DNA of 64,000 bases from Lama guanicoe (taxonomy: Eukaryota): contig MU054187.1 of NCBI GenBank assembly GCA_013239625.1, positions 12,131,325 through 12,195,324 of the forward strand. The letters are read 5' to 3'. The position numbers and the translations under genes are program-made. Every line of letters starts with the position of its first letter. Positions within the stretch are counted from its first letter, which is position 1. Shown piece after piece: positions 25,118 to 38,390 of this stretch. The notes under the pieces are model-generated. The model was given only the letters and a program-made list of their open reading frames with translations. It had not been told where the DNA came from and searched no databases.

Positions 25118-25324
25118 CTGAGCTGAGAGACTGGAAGGTACCGTGCTGGACCTGGGGGCTCCTGATGGGCCCCAACTGTCCTCCCAGGTTTCCTAGCATC
25201 CCCTGGTTAGCCAGGTTCATCTGGGAGCCATGCAAAGAGCTGTGAGAGAGGAGCTGTGACCCAGGACTGGGGGACACTGGGGAGAAAGGACTGGTGAAAG
25301 GTGGTGGGGGTGTAGGTCCAGTAC
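25118..25324 (-). CDS. NCOA2: Putative alternative in-frame 3' extension of NCOA2 exon 19 (distal 5' splice site), +69 codons
   Basis: Frame stays open past the canonical donor ([19 protein letters not shown]...[29 protein letters not shown]) to a second donor TCAG|gtacca exactly 207 nt later, same phase. Confidence 0.7.
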
Positions 25325-25562
25325 CGTAGTTCGGAGGGAATGGAAACTGCTGTGCATTTGCCTGGGGGATCCGGGGGTTGCTCAGAGTTGCTGGCACACC
25401 ACTAGGAGCCACCACGCTTGGCGTCATGTTCAACCCCTGTCCTCTCATCATCAAAGTTCGTTGCTGAACTTGCTGCTGCTGCTGATGCATTTGTCTCTGT
25501 CGAAGATGCTGGTTCAGGATTTCCCTCTGTCTTTGGGCCAGCATCTGGGCATTGATAGGTGC
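25325..25562 (-). CDS. NCOA2: NCOA2 exon 19 equivalent, Q-rich region (canonical short form)
   Basis: [34 protein letters not shown]...FPFPPNY; acceptor attccag|, donor G|gtactg; 238 nt. Confidence 0.97.
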
Positions 25563-26894
25563 CTGGAATGGGGGACAATACATGGAGGAAGACAAAGATT
25601 GAAAAAGAAACCATACATTAGCAATAGGGTAACAAAGGGCACTGTCTCGTGCAAAATTATTAGGAAAATAAAAGAGAACATTTTAGAGTTGAATAATTGG
25701 TGGCTGAGAATGTGAGCTTCCACGTTCTGTAGAGATGACAGTGATTCTGAAACCCTGCAATGACTGACAGGGGTAAGTTGGATGTTAGCATCAATTAACT
25801 TGAGACTCACTGTGAGAGGACACAGTTAACTGAAGGAGCCCACAGGAGCACCAGTCCTGTCTCCAAGACGACTGTGCGACAGAAGCCTTGAGGATGCAAG
25901 GTTAGAGTCTCATTCAAGGGACACTCAAGTCTAAAGGGAATCCAAATCACTGGGCCAAAGGTGGCTCTAAAGCAGTTCAGAAAAGGCTGAACAGAGGCAG
26001 GAAGAAAGAATGTAGGGACAGAGGCGGGAGGCCAGGACACACTGGGCAGGCACACGGGAGGGGCGCCTGTGCTGGCCGTCAGGACGAGGTTATGGGTCCT
26101 GGCAACGGCCTCCATTATTCGTGAACTGGCCCCTCCGCTGACATTTATTTGTCACCCCAGAACCAACACTCATAGCACTGTCGTCACTTACGGACATGTG
26201 CAGAGCAGCATGTGAGGGACGCCCGCGTGCACAGCTGCCTGGGGCGGAAACAAGGCCACACCACCGCTGTGTCTCAGCGCTCACACTGCAGACAAGTGTC
26301 CTTTTGGCAGACTATTTAGTTCCATGGGTTTTCACACTGTTGTGCTTTTTGTTGGTGATTCTGCTGGTGAAAACAGCTCCTGAGAGGAGCGCTGAAGTGC
26401 CATCTAGGGTCCGCAGCACGGGAGGCCGGGATGGGCCTCACGGAGAGGACGTGTGTGTGACGGGCGCTGTGTGCAGGCATGAGTTACGGGGCTGCTGGCC
26501 GTGAGTTCAGTATTAACGAAGTCACAGAACATATTAAATAAGGTGTCGTCAAACAGAAAGTACACCGACTCACTGATGAAAATGTGACCAGAGGCTCAAG
26601 GGACCTGACCCTTTATTTCTCCTAGGAGGAATGGCTCCACTTTCACTAATTCTGCATTTGCAGTGACTTCGCAGAACACAACCAAGGTGAATAATGAGGC
26701 TGTTACCTGGCAATGATGGCCGGATGAGGGGGGGGGCCACAAAGCGAGACTAGGTAGATAACTGAGTGACAGGACAGACCCAGTGCGCTGACCCGGACCG
26801 ACGTGTGGCCCCCCCCTTGCCACTTTCAAGGAGCAGAAATGACAAGAGGAGTCAAATGGATGCAGTGAAAGCAGGTGGCTGGCCTGCACCTTAC

Positions 26895-26972
26895 CTGTGT
26901 GGGTACTCCGGGCCTCAGAGTCAAGTTCACATTTGAAACATTGCTGATTTGATTCATAAGTGGCTGGCGGTT
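26895..26972 (-). CDS. NCOA2: NCOA2 exon 18 equivalent
   Basis: Manual translation [26 protein letters not shown]; acceptor catttag|, donor CAG|gtaagg; 78 nt. Confidence 0.96.
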
Positions 26973-27871
26973 CTAAATGCACACACATAGCAATCAATAC
27001 ATTTTGAAATAGAACGTATTATTGTTTCTAATCACCTTCCTCAAGAAGTCACCCTCCCCGACCCAACCTCTGCATGCTGTTGGGTATGGAAACCACAGGG
27101 TCTGCAGCTGAATGCCCTTGTAAAACCAATTATCAGTGAGGTTCCCACTGCTTATAACTCAGAAATTACTCTGGACTGTTTGGAAAACATGCTGGTTCCG
27201 AGGGAGAAACGGGGTGGAATGATCAGCAAAGGAGGCCAAGAGGAAGACTGGGAAAAAAGTAGAGGGAAAAAAGAGGAGATTTAAAAGCCCACAACTTTAT
27301 TAGTTACTGTATTACAGAAAGCTGTCCAGGCTTGTTTTAGTGAGAACACATTCTCTTGAGCTAAACAGGTGTTCTGTAAGGCACCATCCCTCTGCCCCCA
27401 TTCTGTTAAGAGTGATGATTTCTGTCAGGGGGCAGGACTTAGACTCGAGCTGCTGCTGTTCTGGGTGCAAACTTTGGGCTAGAATCTTTATTTGCCTGGA
27501 AACTGTGCTAGGACCTTTAAACACGTCCAGATTGCCCTGGACTGCACAACAACCCCATTTTACAGATCTAAACACTGAGGCTCAGAGAGCTCAAGGTTAG
27601 ACCATCAGTAAGTAATGGAGCTAGGAAATCACAGGCAAGATGCTCTACATGGGTGGAGCTGGCAGAGGAGGAAGACGGGAAGGAAGTAGAACAGAGTATG
27701 AAAAGGGTAGGATCCTCGTGGACACCCTCTTAGAAAGGACAGACAGGGTTTAAGCCTCCCACGAGGACCCACCACTGTTTCTCTGCCTCAACCTACCTTC
27801 CCTATGTCCCCCACCCACACCTTCCCCGTGTCCCCTGCCCCCGGACGTTGCAGGCACAGCCAAGAACACAC

Positions 27872-28150
27872 CTGCTGTGCTTGGAGGCGATGTTGCAGTT
27901 GAAGCCTCAGCTGGTTCGGCTGGTTCTGCACGAGGCCCGTGGGCCGCAGGCCGGGTCTGGGCTGCATGCGGAGAGTGGCATAACTGGGCCGCTGTCCCAT
28001 GGTGTGAAAGTTGGGGTCCTGCATGGGCGTGTAGCTTCCCTGGGCCATCTGTGCCTGAGACGCATACTGCTGTGGGAACACAGGGGCCTTCTGCTCCAGC
28101 ATGATGTTGGAGTCCTGACTCGAGAACTGTTCTGGGTCTACCGCTTGACT
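27872..28150 (-). CDS. NCOA2: NCOA2 exon 17 equivalent
   Basis: [23 protein letters not shown]...[13 protein letters not shown]; acceptor tcttcag|, donor CAG|gtgtgt; 279 nt. Confidence 0.97.
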
Positions 28151-30576
28151 CTGAAGAGAAAGCCCCCAGACAACAAACAAACAAATAAACCCACTGGAGA
28201 CGGCAGGGTGAACGTGGGGCTGCTTCCTCGCACTGTCCTGTAAGTGAAGCTTCTCTTCTTGTACTTACTACCCAAAGGCACTTCTGGCTTGACTCCACTG
28301 TCTTCCTAGAAAATGCCTCTTTGTTCAAAAGATCCAGTGACTCAAGGCCAGGCCAGGGGTCAGGCCTGACTCCCAGCAACACCCCTTCTGAGGGAAGGGA
28401 GAGATGGGCTGTGACTGCGGAAGGCCGCCTCCGCAAGCCGCCCACCAGACTGACCTGAACTTTAAAATGTGAATGTCCCCTTGAAGTGGTAAGATTTTGA
28501 CTGATTAGTCATACCTGTATAAATTGTGTAAATCAGACAAGCACCTTGGTCCCTGGCTGGGATCAGCAGCGTTGGGCACCTACCACTGTTGTTCCCATTT
28601 TGCAGATAACAAAACTGAGACTTGGTGCCATGCAGCAAACTGTGACAAGCCCACCTGGCTAGTCATGGGTGGGTTCCTATCGAGTCTGTGACTTGGGACC
28701 TGAGCCGCCCACCAGGGTATGTGACTACTTCTGGGGCTGTCAGAGTTCCCTTCACGCCCCAGGCTTTGCCACCACGGAAGCATTTTAACATGTTTGTCAT
28801 TCCTGACTTCTTACGGCTGCCCTGTCTGTCTGGGGCAGGTGGGGCAGGTGGGGCAGATGTAGAAATCGAGAATTTCTCTGGTGGGGCGGGGGGCACCTGA
28901 GACCCAGGTGGCCCTAAATGACTGTGTGAAGAGCAGGAAAGCGCCCCTGGCTCCTTCTCTTCCGTCCACTTCGGGCGGAGCTGCTCCCAACCTCCTGATA
29001 CAGAGCAGGGGGCCCAACGGCAAAATCCTCTCAGGTTTTCTTTAGCCAGTGACGCTGCAGGCCTTCCTCACTCCAGCTGACTCACGTTAGAGCAGGACCT
29101 GGAGCCACCCAGAATCTGGGCTCAGTTCAGGTCAACCTGTGCGAACTGGGCCCATTCCCCGCCTGGCACAGTGTTTTGAAAATGTGGGTGGAAACTCCTT
29201 GAAAGAAACCATTCACTGTTGAACCACTGCTCTAACCATATCCGCAAAACTATCTCAGAACTTTAAATATTTGCCCATCTTTAACAGAGAGAAAGTTTAA
29301 GTGATTTCCATTTTGCATGAAAACACACAACTCTGATGAGGGCAAATAAAGTCCATCTGTAGTCTACGTTTTCCCGAACTCTACCTAACAATCATATTTC
29401 TATATTTCAGTTTAATATGATGATATCATAAGGACTATGGATTTGATGAGACAAAATAGGAAAAACAAAAATAAATTTAAAAAAGGCTAAAAATATTAAA
29501 TGATGAAACACTACCAATTTTGATAAAAACAATGCTAAGGTCACTCAGCAACCCCAAGAATCACATTTTTAAATGTCACTCTGACAAAACTCAAGGGAAG
29601 CAACGCTGAATGCTAAATTCTCACTACCACCGGAGGCAAAGCAAACCAGCCACACAGGAAGTATTTCAACTCCATTTTCCTTTTGATTTATTTCAGGTTA
29701 CACTATGTAACCTCAAGTCGTTTCTTTCCATTCTGCTGTTCTCGGTATGAACCGACAAGTCTTAACTCCCACTTACGTCTGCTAAATGTGGGAATTATGA
29801 CAAGACTATTTTTGATGCTTCAGAGAAGTCTCCAATGACTCTGCATCACCTTTCTCACAGACCCTGATGACACGTCATACGTCCAAGAAGTAGATCGAAG
29901 CCCGGAAGGTACTTTTTAGCAATAAGAAATAGGGATGATTCATGCTGAGAAAAGAGGAAGACAGCAGTGAGGCTGTGACTGTTTTTTCCAGGTTGCTCTT
30001 TATACAGTACACCAGGATGCCTGCTGCACACAAACTGAGCTGTGTGGCCAGACTCAGAAAGTGCTAAGTTATTTCATGAGACCATGTTATTTATTATACT
30101 GTCGCCGTTAAGTAGTCTTCAGGCAGGGAATTATTACTTTATTTACCAGGAGGGGGAAGCTACATAAGCACACTAGGGCTGGTCACCTTTCTCCTTTTCC
30201 CTGCCATGGATGCTTAAACCTCCTCCACATCACTGTGAGCTAAATCCAAGCAGAGGTCAAAATGATTACTGGATGGCAGCTACCTTTAAATTAGCCTCTG
30301 CTAACTTATGTGCAAAGTATTCTTTTAGACAAGTAGCTCCCCATCACTAGCCCGAGTTCTATGTAAAGCTCATTCTCAGCATCTACCATTCTTGGGCAAA
30401 AGTTTCTGTGGGAGTAACAAGGGGACGGGGAGACAGAAAACAGCGCTTGCTTGTTACGCGGTAAGGAAGTATTCTAAAAAGCAGACTGCAGGTTATCTGT
30501 AAACAAGAGAAAACCGACACCTCCGTGCCCACGAAGTGCTCGGCCCCCACCAGCCTCAGCTTTGCACGGTGCCTAC

Positions 30577-30742
30577 CTGGCTGACCAGCTCGGGTATCCC
30601 CAGAGCCCTGTCGATCTCCTCCAGGCCGTCGAAGTTTCGCAAGGCCAAGTAGAGCTGGTCCAGGAGAGCGCCTTCGTCGCTTGGGGACTCAGCTGCAGGG
30701 TGTGGGCAGAGCAGGTCATCTGGAGAGCTGCCGAACGGCTGC
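30577..30742 (-). CDS. NCOA2: NCOA2 exon 16 equivalent, CBP/p300-binding AD1 core
   Basis: [55 protein letters not shown]; acceptor tccacag|, donor CAG|gtaggc; 166 nt. Confidence 0.98.
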
Positions 30743-33700
30743 CTGTGGAGAGACAGGTTCATCTTGGGCTCGTGGACTAGAGAACCTTTTTTCCCCCTTA
30801 AAGACAAAAGTAGTGAAATACTGAACCAGCCAGACATGGAACAAAAAGACAACCCAGATAGTAGATACACTTTTTGTTCAGTGCCTAGCAGAGGCCGGAC
30901 ACACATCTAGGCCTTAGCTGTTAATGATCTTTGTTTTTACTGCCCCCTCTTTAAATCTGGCAAAGCTGAGAATTAGAGAGGTTGTCACACCATTTGGTGG
31001 CACGCACACAGGCAGACGCTGCAAACCTGGGATTCAACACTGATCCAGGTGATTCCAGGGCCCACCTGACCACTGTTCCCACAAATCTACACTGACTCCT
31101 CAAGCACACACACATTTAACTTTGCACTAAAGTCATCAAAGGACATTTCTGAGTTTTAGCAGGAAAGACGAATTGACTGCAGTCTCATTTCACACCAGGC
31201 TATGATAACCTTCGGGGGGAGACTTGACCACCGGGAGCATAAAAGCTCCATTAGTTTTTTTTTTGAACTCAGCTGTTGTTAGACTACACTTGGCTGGACT
31301 AAAAGGAAATTTCTTAGTCATGCAGAAGTGGGACTTGTAAACACTTATTAAAGTCCTCAAGAAATGTGGCTGTTAGACTTCCTGAGTTAGTCAGGAGAAT
31401 TAGATCATGAACACACAAATTAAATCTATTATATAAGGGAATAAAAACCTTAACACTAAACTCCGAATTATGTGGTACATGAACTAAAACTCACTGACAA
31501 AATTCACTGAGAGAGCTTATTAAAAAGAGCTTCTGATAAAAATGAAAAAAGAAAAGGAAAAAAAAAAATAAAAAGAGCTTCTGGGTTACTTTAATACCAA
31601 AAGGGGAAAAGATAATCTAATTTGTACTCAGAGTTACTACATGGTGTTTTGGAGAAAATCAAGTTTACAGGTAAGTACCCATCTTAAGCAGTGACACTCA
31701 CTGAGGGGTGAATTACCTATCCAGTTTGGTACCATGTTTTCTAAAGACAACTATGTGCCCCTTTGGCCTAGAATCCTGAAATGCTGAGGATTAAAGCAGA
31801 CAGTTTCACACAGTTCTAACCCAGTATGTTACAAACAATCTATACTCTCCATCTAGCCCCAGTCGCTTGTGAAGAAAATCACCCAATGAAGTGTGCCCTC
31901 GATGACACTACTCATTCTGCCCCGGGAGCTGAGCCCTCATCCCAGGGCTGGCAAGGTATCCCAAGGGGCAGTGCAGCCACCACCACGAGCCCAGCGGGTG
32001 TGCCACACCGCCCACCCCGCTCCATCCAAGCTACGAAGGCCAGCACTCTTGGGGGCCCTGCTCTGGCCAGGGGCACTTCTCCACCAGCCTCTTCTCCCGG
32101 TCACCGCCGCGATTCTCAGAGACGCCAGGCACCAGAATAGCGCCTCCCCCACCCTTCCGCTGCCACACTCTCCCAAAATTAACTTTTTAGCACAACTGTG
32201 ATCAGATCACTCCATGACTGCGACACTCAGGGAGTGGGAGGAAGGAGCAGACACAGTGGCAACAAGGAGAAAAACCACAGGCCTGCAAGTCACGGAAGCA
32301 AAGAGCGGAGGCAATTCCCCAAAGAGGAATGACCAACATTTAGATGTGGTAAATTTCATGGACAACTAGTTCAAGCCAGCCAGGAATGGAAGCTGTCCAT
32401 TTACCAACCCTCTTGGATCTGGGACCTCACTCCCCAAAGATGCTAGTTCAGTGAGGTATTAAATATTTTCTTTCTCTAGCTTTATTTCATAATCTTCAAC
32501 TTCTGTTTCTTTATAAGCTGTCTTCCTCCACAACCACAACCGCCGCCCCAGATCTCCCTGCTGATGGTAGGCTAACGGGAAATCGACTCTTAACTCCAGC
32601 AAGGCTGCGGGGACTCCACCTGAACCCAGACGCCTGGTGTGCATCAGACTGAGAGGCCGGGTTGGAAAGGAGGGGAGAGCATTTTGTACCTTTTTAAGAC
32701 CACCTCACTCCAGGAAAGATACAGCCAAGTGCTTAAAGAAAAAAAAATCTAATGCACATGTTCATTCGCATCTATACGATTTCCTACATAATAGTAAAAT
32801 AACCCGTTTTTATTACATGCTTTTTTTCCTTTCTTTAATTAAAAAAATTACACTGTGTGACCCAGATGCCTACTGTGGTTAAGGTCCCCTGCAGTGCAAG
32901 CTGGGACTCAAGATGCTTAGTCTCTCTCCAATCCTCCTGATGTGATGCTGTCAGGTTCCTTTTCCCAAAGCACACTTTACTGAGCTGACTCAAAATTCTT
33001 GCTTCACTGTCCCAGGACGATGTCTAAGGCTCTGGGACAGGGTGGTGGTGGAATTCAAGGACACACACACTTTGGTAGAGCCTAACCTCTCCCAGGGTAA
33101 TGCGCACGACTTCCCTGTGGGTCCCAGCCACCTTGGGCAACTGGTCTTTTCCCAGAGGATGCCATGTGCATCGCCAGGAGGCTAAGACCTCTCATCCCAC
33201 ACTTCCCACTCTTGTCTCCAGCTACCATCCTCCCTTCCCAGAAGGGTCGACGGAGCTCCTGCACAGCCACTCCTGACCGCCCCAACTCTCAGCTCTAGGA
33301 CCATCTACACGGTCTTGATGTTGACATTTATTTAAAAACATCAACCTCTGACCATGCCTGGTGAGGACATCTTAAATCTCTTTTGTTGGACCAGTTCTTG
33401 AACTGCGTAGGTTCAGTAAGTTTCCAGTTGGTGAAAATAAAAGGTTCCCCAACCTAGCCGAGATAGCTATCGTAACCTGTACTCAGAAAAACACACTGTG
33501 TTGTGGCTGGGTATTATAAATCTGGGCACACCGTGAGCTACGTCACTTCCCCCAGAGACATCATGATAGGCTTGCCTTACAGAAAAAATACCGATCCGTA
33601 TTTCCGATCCCAGCTTTTTTCACGTGTACTCTCAAAGTTCTGCAAAAGAGTAGCAGCTACTATGTGATGAGAAATAGTCAACCAAAGAAATACTCTTAGA

Positions 33701-35699
33701 CACATTGCAAATAACAGAAAAGTAGATTAACTCAGCAATCTTGAACTTAATGTGAAAGGAAGTCTTTCAAGAAAGGGAGCTACTGTTTGCTTTTATAAAT
33801 CAAACAAAAATCGTAAAAAAAAAATCACCTATAAATTTGGGGCTGTATTTTAAACATCTCTTACATACTAGATGAGTAAGGGGGAAAAACAATGGAACTA
33901 CAGAGAATGAAAATTCTGCTATAAATAAATAAGTACACAAATATGTTAAGAGATCTTTAGGGCTAAATTGTTGCCTTTCTGAAATGGGTATATAAACTAA
34001 TGTTGGGTTCATAAAACTTGAAGAAACCTATTTCTAAATACGTAGGTAGTAAAAATATAAACTGTTAATGGTGATACTGATAAAGGGGACTAAGGAAAAA
34101 GCACTGCTTTTCTTTTATTTTAAAAGAGAGACATGGTTAAAACCTTTGTTATCCATCATTTTTGAATTTCTATGACAGTAAGACTACCATAAAGCTGGTC
34201 ATAAATTTCTTCCAAAGTGAATTATTTAAAATAAGAGGAGTTAATGCCTGGAAGAACTGAAATAACTTTAAAAGTCGTGGAAATGTTTTATTTCACCCAG
34301 AGTTCTCATACAAAGAGAACAGACAGTAATGGCAGCAGCAAGAGAAGGGGGACAGTGCTGAGTCACAGAAGTGCCTGCAGCAAACCCCACCAGCCAGCTC
34401 TGTAACGGGATGCAGTGCGTACCCTGGAATTCTTACATTTTTGTTTTTTAACAGCACCCTCCTCTGCTTGGGCAACAGTGAAAACTCGAACTTTGGGCCC
34501 AGCTTTCCCTGAAAACTAATCTTGGACATTTCATCCAAAAACAACTATCAGGTGCTGGATTCAACTACTGCACTACATTTTTATTATGAGTGAGTTTCCA
34601 TGGAAATGGATTTTTTTAACATATCAAATAAACATATTTAGAAAAAGCACAATACTCACTGACACCATGAAATTAGACTCGAAGAGCTGGAAGGACCCCG
34701 AGAAAGTAGCACCCCCGAGAAAGGACTGCAGCGGTCACTGACGCGGTGCTCTGTTCCAAGCACACCCAGTGGAGGAGGCCACGCTGGTTCAGCGAGAGCC
34801 GCGCTGACCGACTGCGGTTCCTCTGTCCGCTCTCCCACGGCCTCGCTGCTACTCAAAGTGTATCGGGAGGAGCGGCGCTGCTGGCTTCCCCCGGGGCTTG
34901 TGAGACATGCGGAACCCTGGGCTCGCCCAGACCCGCCTTTCCACGAGACCTCGGAGACGGTCACAGACACAGTGGGGTTTGAAAACACTGGTTTCTCCCC
35001 AAGTGAACGGAATACAGCTGGCGATTACCCTTCCACCATTATCTCCCTAAAATAGGTATGAAGCAGTTGCCCTAACCTTCATTTCTTTCAGTGAAAAAAC
35101 CCAACTTCTCCTCACACAGCCTGTTGCTGGGTTCACATCCATCTTCTGCTGTTTTGGTTCTTTAAAACCTCACTGATCCTCTGACTCTTTTATTACCCCC
35201 CTAAGAGACAGAAAGGAAGATGGCCACCACACCACAGCGCTGAGCTAGTAAGCAGCAGCACCTCGGCCCGGAGGAGGAGTCACTACAAAACCTGTGTGTA
35301 TATATATTTTTTAAACAAACAAGAAGCTCTGGAAATATTCTACCCTTATGAAATTTCAGAAACCCTGCTTTCATCATTTGTAACTTTGATAAAAGTATTT
35401 TATAATTTTAGACTAGAGTAACTCGAAAAGGACACAATGTTCAGTCTGCAGTAAGGTCCTCACTGGGGCGCCAACCTGAACTCTCTACATGTGAGCCTCA
35501 AGGCCGTATTTCTCCAGTTTAAGCCTTCTCATCTGTTTACCTTCCAGAAAACACTGCCTGATCCTTTAAGTGCACACACTGCCTCTTGTTTAGTCTCCTA
35601 ACTAGCCCCCTGCCTCAGGGCTCTTCGCCCACCCAACCAGCCAAGCAGCAGGTAGCCCTCAAGGTCACCTGTGTGAGATGTCTGTGCTTCCAGTGCTTT

Positions 35700-36560
35700 G
35701 CTAAAAAACAATGGGACTATGCATGTAACACAACTCTGATGTGTCTCAAGATCAGCTAGGAACTCCCAATGAAAGATTACCAAAATACGCAGGGAAACAG
35801 GCCACCATGAGTAAGAGTCAATCACTGGATTTAGAACCACAAGAAATCCATACGTTGGAATTACCGATTCAAGAAATTTAGAAAATAATGATGAATGTAA
35901 TGTTTAAAGATACACAGACGGAATCGCGAAAATAAGCCAATGATAAGAGACTATGAAAGATGACCAGGCAAACAGAACTTTTAGCCATGAAAAATATAAC
36001 CAGATTAAACACAGCTGAAGAGACATTTAATGAACTGAAATATAGATATGAATAAATTATCCTGAATGTGGTACAGAGAGATAGGGAGATGGAAAATATA
36101 CAAATTAAGAATTAAGGAAGGGGGGTAGGGTGTAGCTCAAGCAGTAGACCACATGCTTAGCATGCACGGGGTTCTGGGTTCAATCCCTGGCACCTCCTCC
36201 AAAAATAAATAAGTAAACTTAATTACCTCCCACTGCCAAAAAAAAAAAATTGAGGGTAGAATTTTTGAAAATCTAATGTAGAAAGTGATGGTATAACATA
36301 TATCTCACCAGAATCCTAGAAAGAAAGAATAGAGAAAATGGAGGAGGGGCAGTAGATACAGGCTAAAAATTTCCAGAGCTGATGAAAAACACCAATCCAC
36401 AGATTAAAAAAGGCACAACATATACCAAATACCAAGCAGTATAAATAAACCCACACCCAGACATGATGCACGGAAACTACAGCACAGCAAATACAAAAAT
36501 ATTTCATGAGCAATTAGAAAAGATTACCTACAAGAGACCAAAGATGATTAGACTGATAAT
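35700..36560 (+). mobile_element. Old L1 5'/ORF1-region fragment, interrupted by a SINE
   Basis: A-rich degenerate ORF1-like sequence (cagattaaacacagctgaagaga...aaaaatttccagagctgatgaaaaacaccaatccacagatt...cccacacccagaca). Confidence 0.7.
36120..36249 (+). mobile_element. tRNA-derived SINE (vic-1-like) nested in L1
   Basis: A/B boxes and poly(A); approximate TSD aagaattaagg/aaaaattgagg. Confidence 0.88.
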
Positions 36561-37238
36561 CAGCACCAAAAATATTCAGTCGACCTTGATCACATACAAC
36601 TTCCTTTTTCAAAAAATTTCTTCAGTGTCTGAATGAAAAAAGGCTGAATTCTTCAGAGTTTGGTATTTAGGACCTTCTATAAATCTATTACTAACCTACT
36701 CTTACAGCTAAATCTTCTGATACTGGCTTTTATTTTATTTTTTTTTAACGTGGTGGAATATACATAACATAAAACCGCACTGTTCTCTGTTACCCTGAAT
36801 GCTTCTGTAACCTCCAGCTCTGAGGGCGCTGCTCTGCCAGACGGACTGGCTTCCTGTGTCTCTGCTTCCTGCAGTGATACCCTTTCTTCCAGGCTCTGAA
36901 GCTCTCCCCAGTCACCCCAACTGGATGACCTCTTGAAGTATGGTTGATTTCTCTCAGCACTTAAGGCACATAGCACCCCTCATACTACAGCTATCAGTCT
37001 ACATATTTTATTTCCCGACTAAATTGTAACTTCTTTAAAGTCATGCCCTAAGTCACGCTGATTTTTGGATTCCCCCCACACCCCTGCACTGCCGGCTCAG
37101 TTAATGATAAAATGTGAATAGATGACAACTGGTCAGGCACCAACTATTCAAAGGGGAGAGGGGACTTCTGGCCTGGCCTGAGGCAACTCATGGAACTCAG
37201 GAACTGCGCTCTGGGCCTCCCGGGTGCCCAGCACTCAC

Positions 37239-37368
37239 CTGTTCTGGCTGGCGAACGGGGCCTGGTCTATCGGCAGGATGCTTTCCGGCCACGGAGCGGT
37301 CTGGTTTGGAGGTGCCTGCTGTTGGCTATACTGAGGTCCCCCCATGTTCATCTCTAATTCAGATGGCC
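37239..37368 (-). CDS. NCOA2: NCOA2 exon 15 equivalent
   Basis: Manual translation [42 protein letters not shown]; acceptor tttttag|, donor AG|gtgagt; 130 nt. Confidence 0.96.
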
Positions 37369-37708
37369 CTAAAAAGAGAGAATAGAACCCCCACATCTTA
37401 CAACTTGTAATCAGGGAAGTGTCTGTTTTGGCTACATTATATAAAGTGAAGTATCTGGTTCACAGAAAATGAAAAAGAAGCAATAATAACGAGGTGAAGC
37501 TAATGACAGAATTTTGGTTTTTTAAAAAAGGGCAATAAATATTAAGACTAATCAGCCACTTTAGGGACTATCTAGACCAGCTGTCCAAACCTCTTGTAAT
37601 ATCTTACTGATATTTACTGAAATGGAAACTAAAACTGGAAAATGATTATCAATTTATTTAAAAATCACCATAATAAATCCAGTATGTTAGCATAAGCAAG
37701 GTTTTTTT

Positions 37709-38058
37709 CTTCCAGTTTTATTGAGATATAACTGACATGTAGCACTGCACAGGAAGTATAAGGCGCACAGCATGATTTGACTTACATACATCATGAAATG
37801 ATTAAGTTTAGTGAACAGACACAAATGAAAAAAACGAAATTTTTTTTTCCCTTGTGATGAGAACTCCCAGACTAACTTTCATATGTAACATACAGCAGTG
37901 TTCACATTAATCACGTTATATGTTAGGTCCCTAGAAATCGTTTATCTTATAACTGGAAGTCTGAACCTTTTGACTGCCTTCCTCTGATTCCTCCTCCCCA
38001 CACTTCCCTTCTAATAACTATAAATTTGATCTCTTTTCCAATGACTTTGTTTGCAACA
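37709..38058 (-). mobile_element. L1 3' fragment nested in the hAT remnant
   Basis: TSD-like cataagcaaggttttttt (37691) / cataaacaagattttttt (38059); L1 3' UTR motifs. Confidence 0.8.
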
Positions 38059-38200
38059 CATAAACAAGATTTTTTTTAGTGAACTCTACTGTATGTCCAT
38101 GAGAGAATGAGAGTGAAAAAGATAAATAATTTTAATCTTACTATGGAAATAGTTTTGGCCTTGCAGACCCCTTAGGGCATGGGGTCCTGGACATACTTTT

Positions 38201-38390
38201 TTTTTTTCCCCCTGTGATTTATCATAACATTTTGTGTATATTTCCCTGTGCTATACAGTGTAATCTTGTTTATCTATTCTACAATTTTGAAATCCCAGTC
38301 TATCCCTTCCCACCCTCCACCCCCCCCGGCAACCACAAGTCTGTATTCTCTGTCCATGAGTCTTTAAATTCCATATATGAGCGATCTCAT
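38201..38390 (-). mobile_element. Young L1 3' UTR fragment with perfect 14-bp TSD
   Basis: ctggacatactttt at 38187-38200 and 38391-38404. Confidence 0.85.

Noticed and set aside
27750..28445. 231-aa minus-strand ORF overlapping exon 17 in another frame
   Set aside because: It runs across intron boundaries, has no ATG start and no recognisable similarity; GC content explains it.
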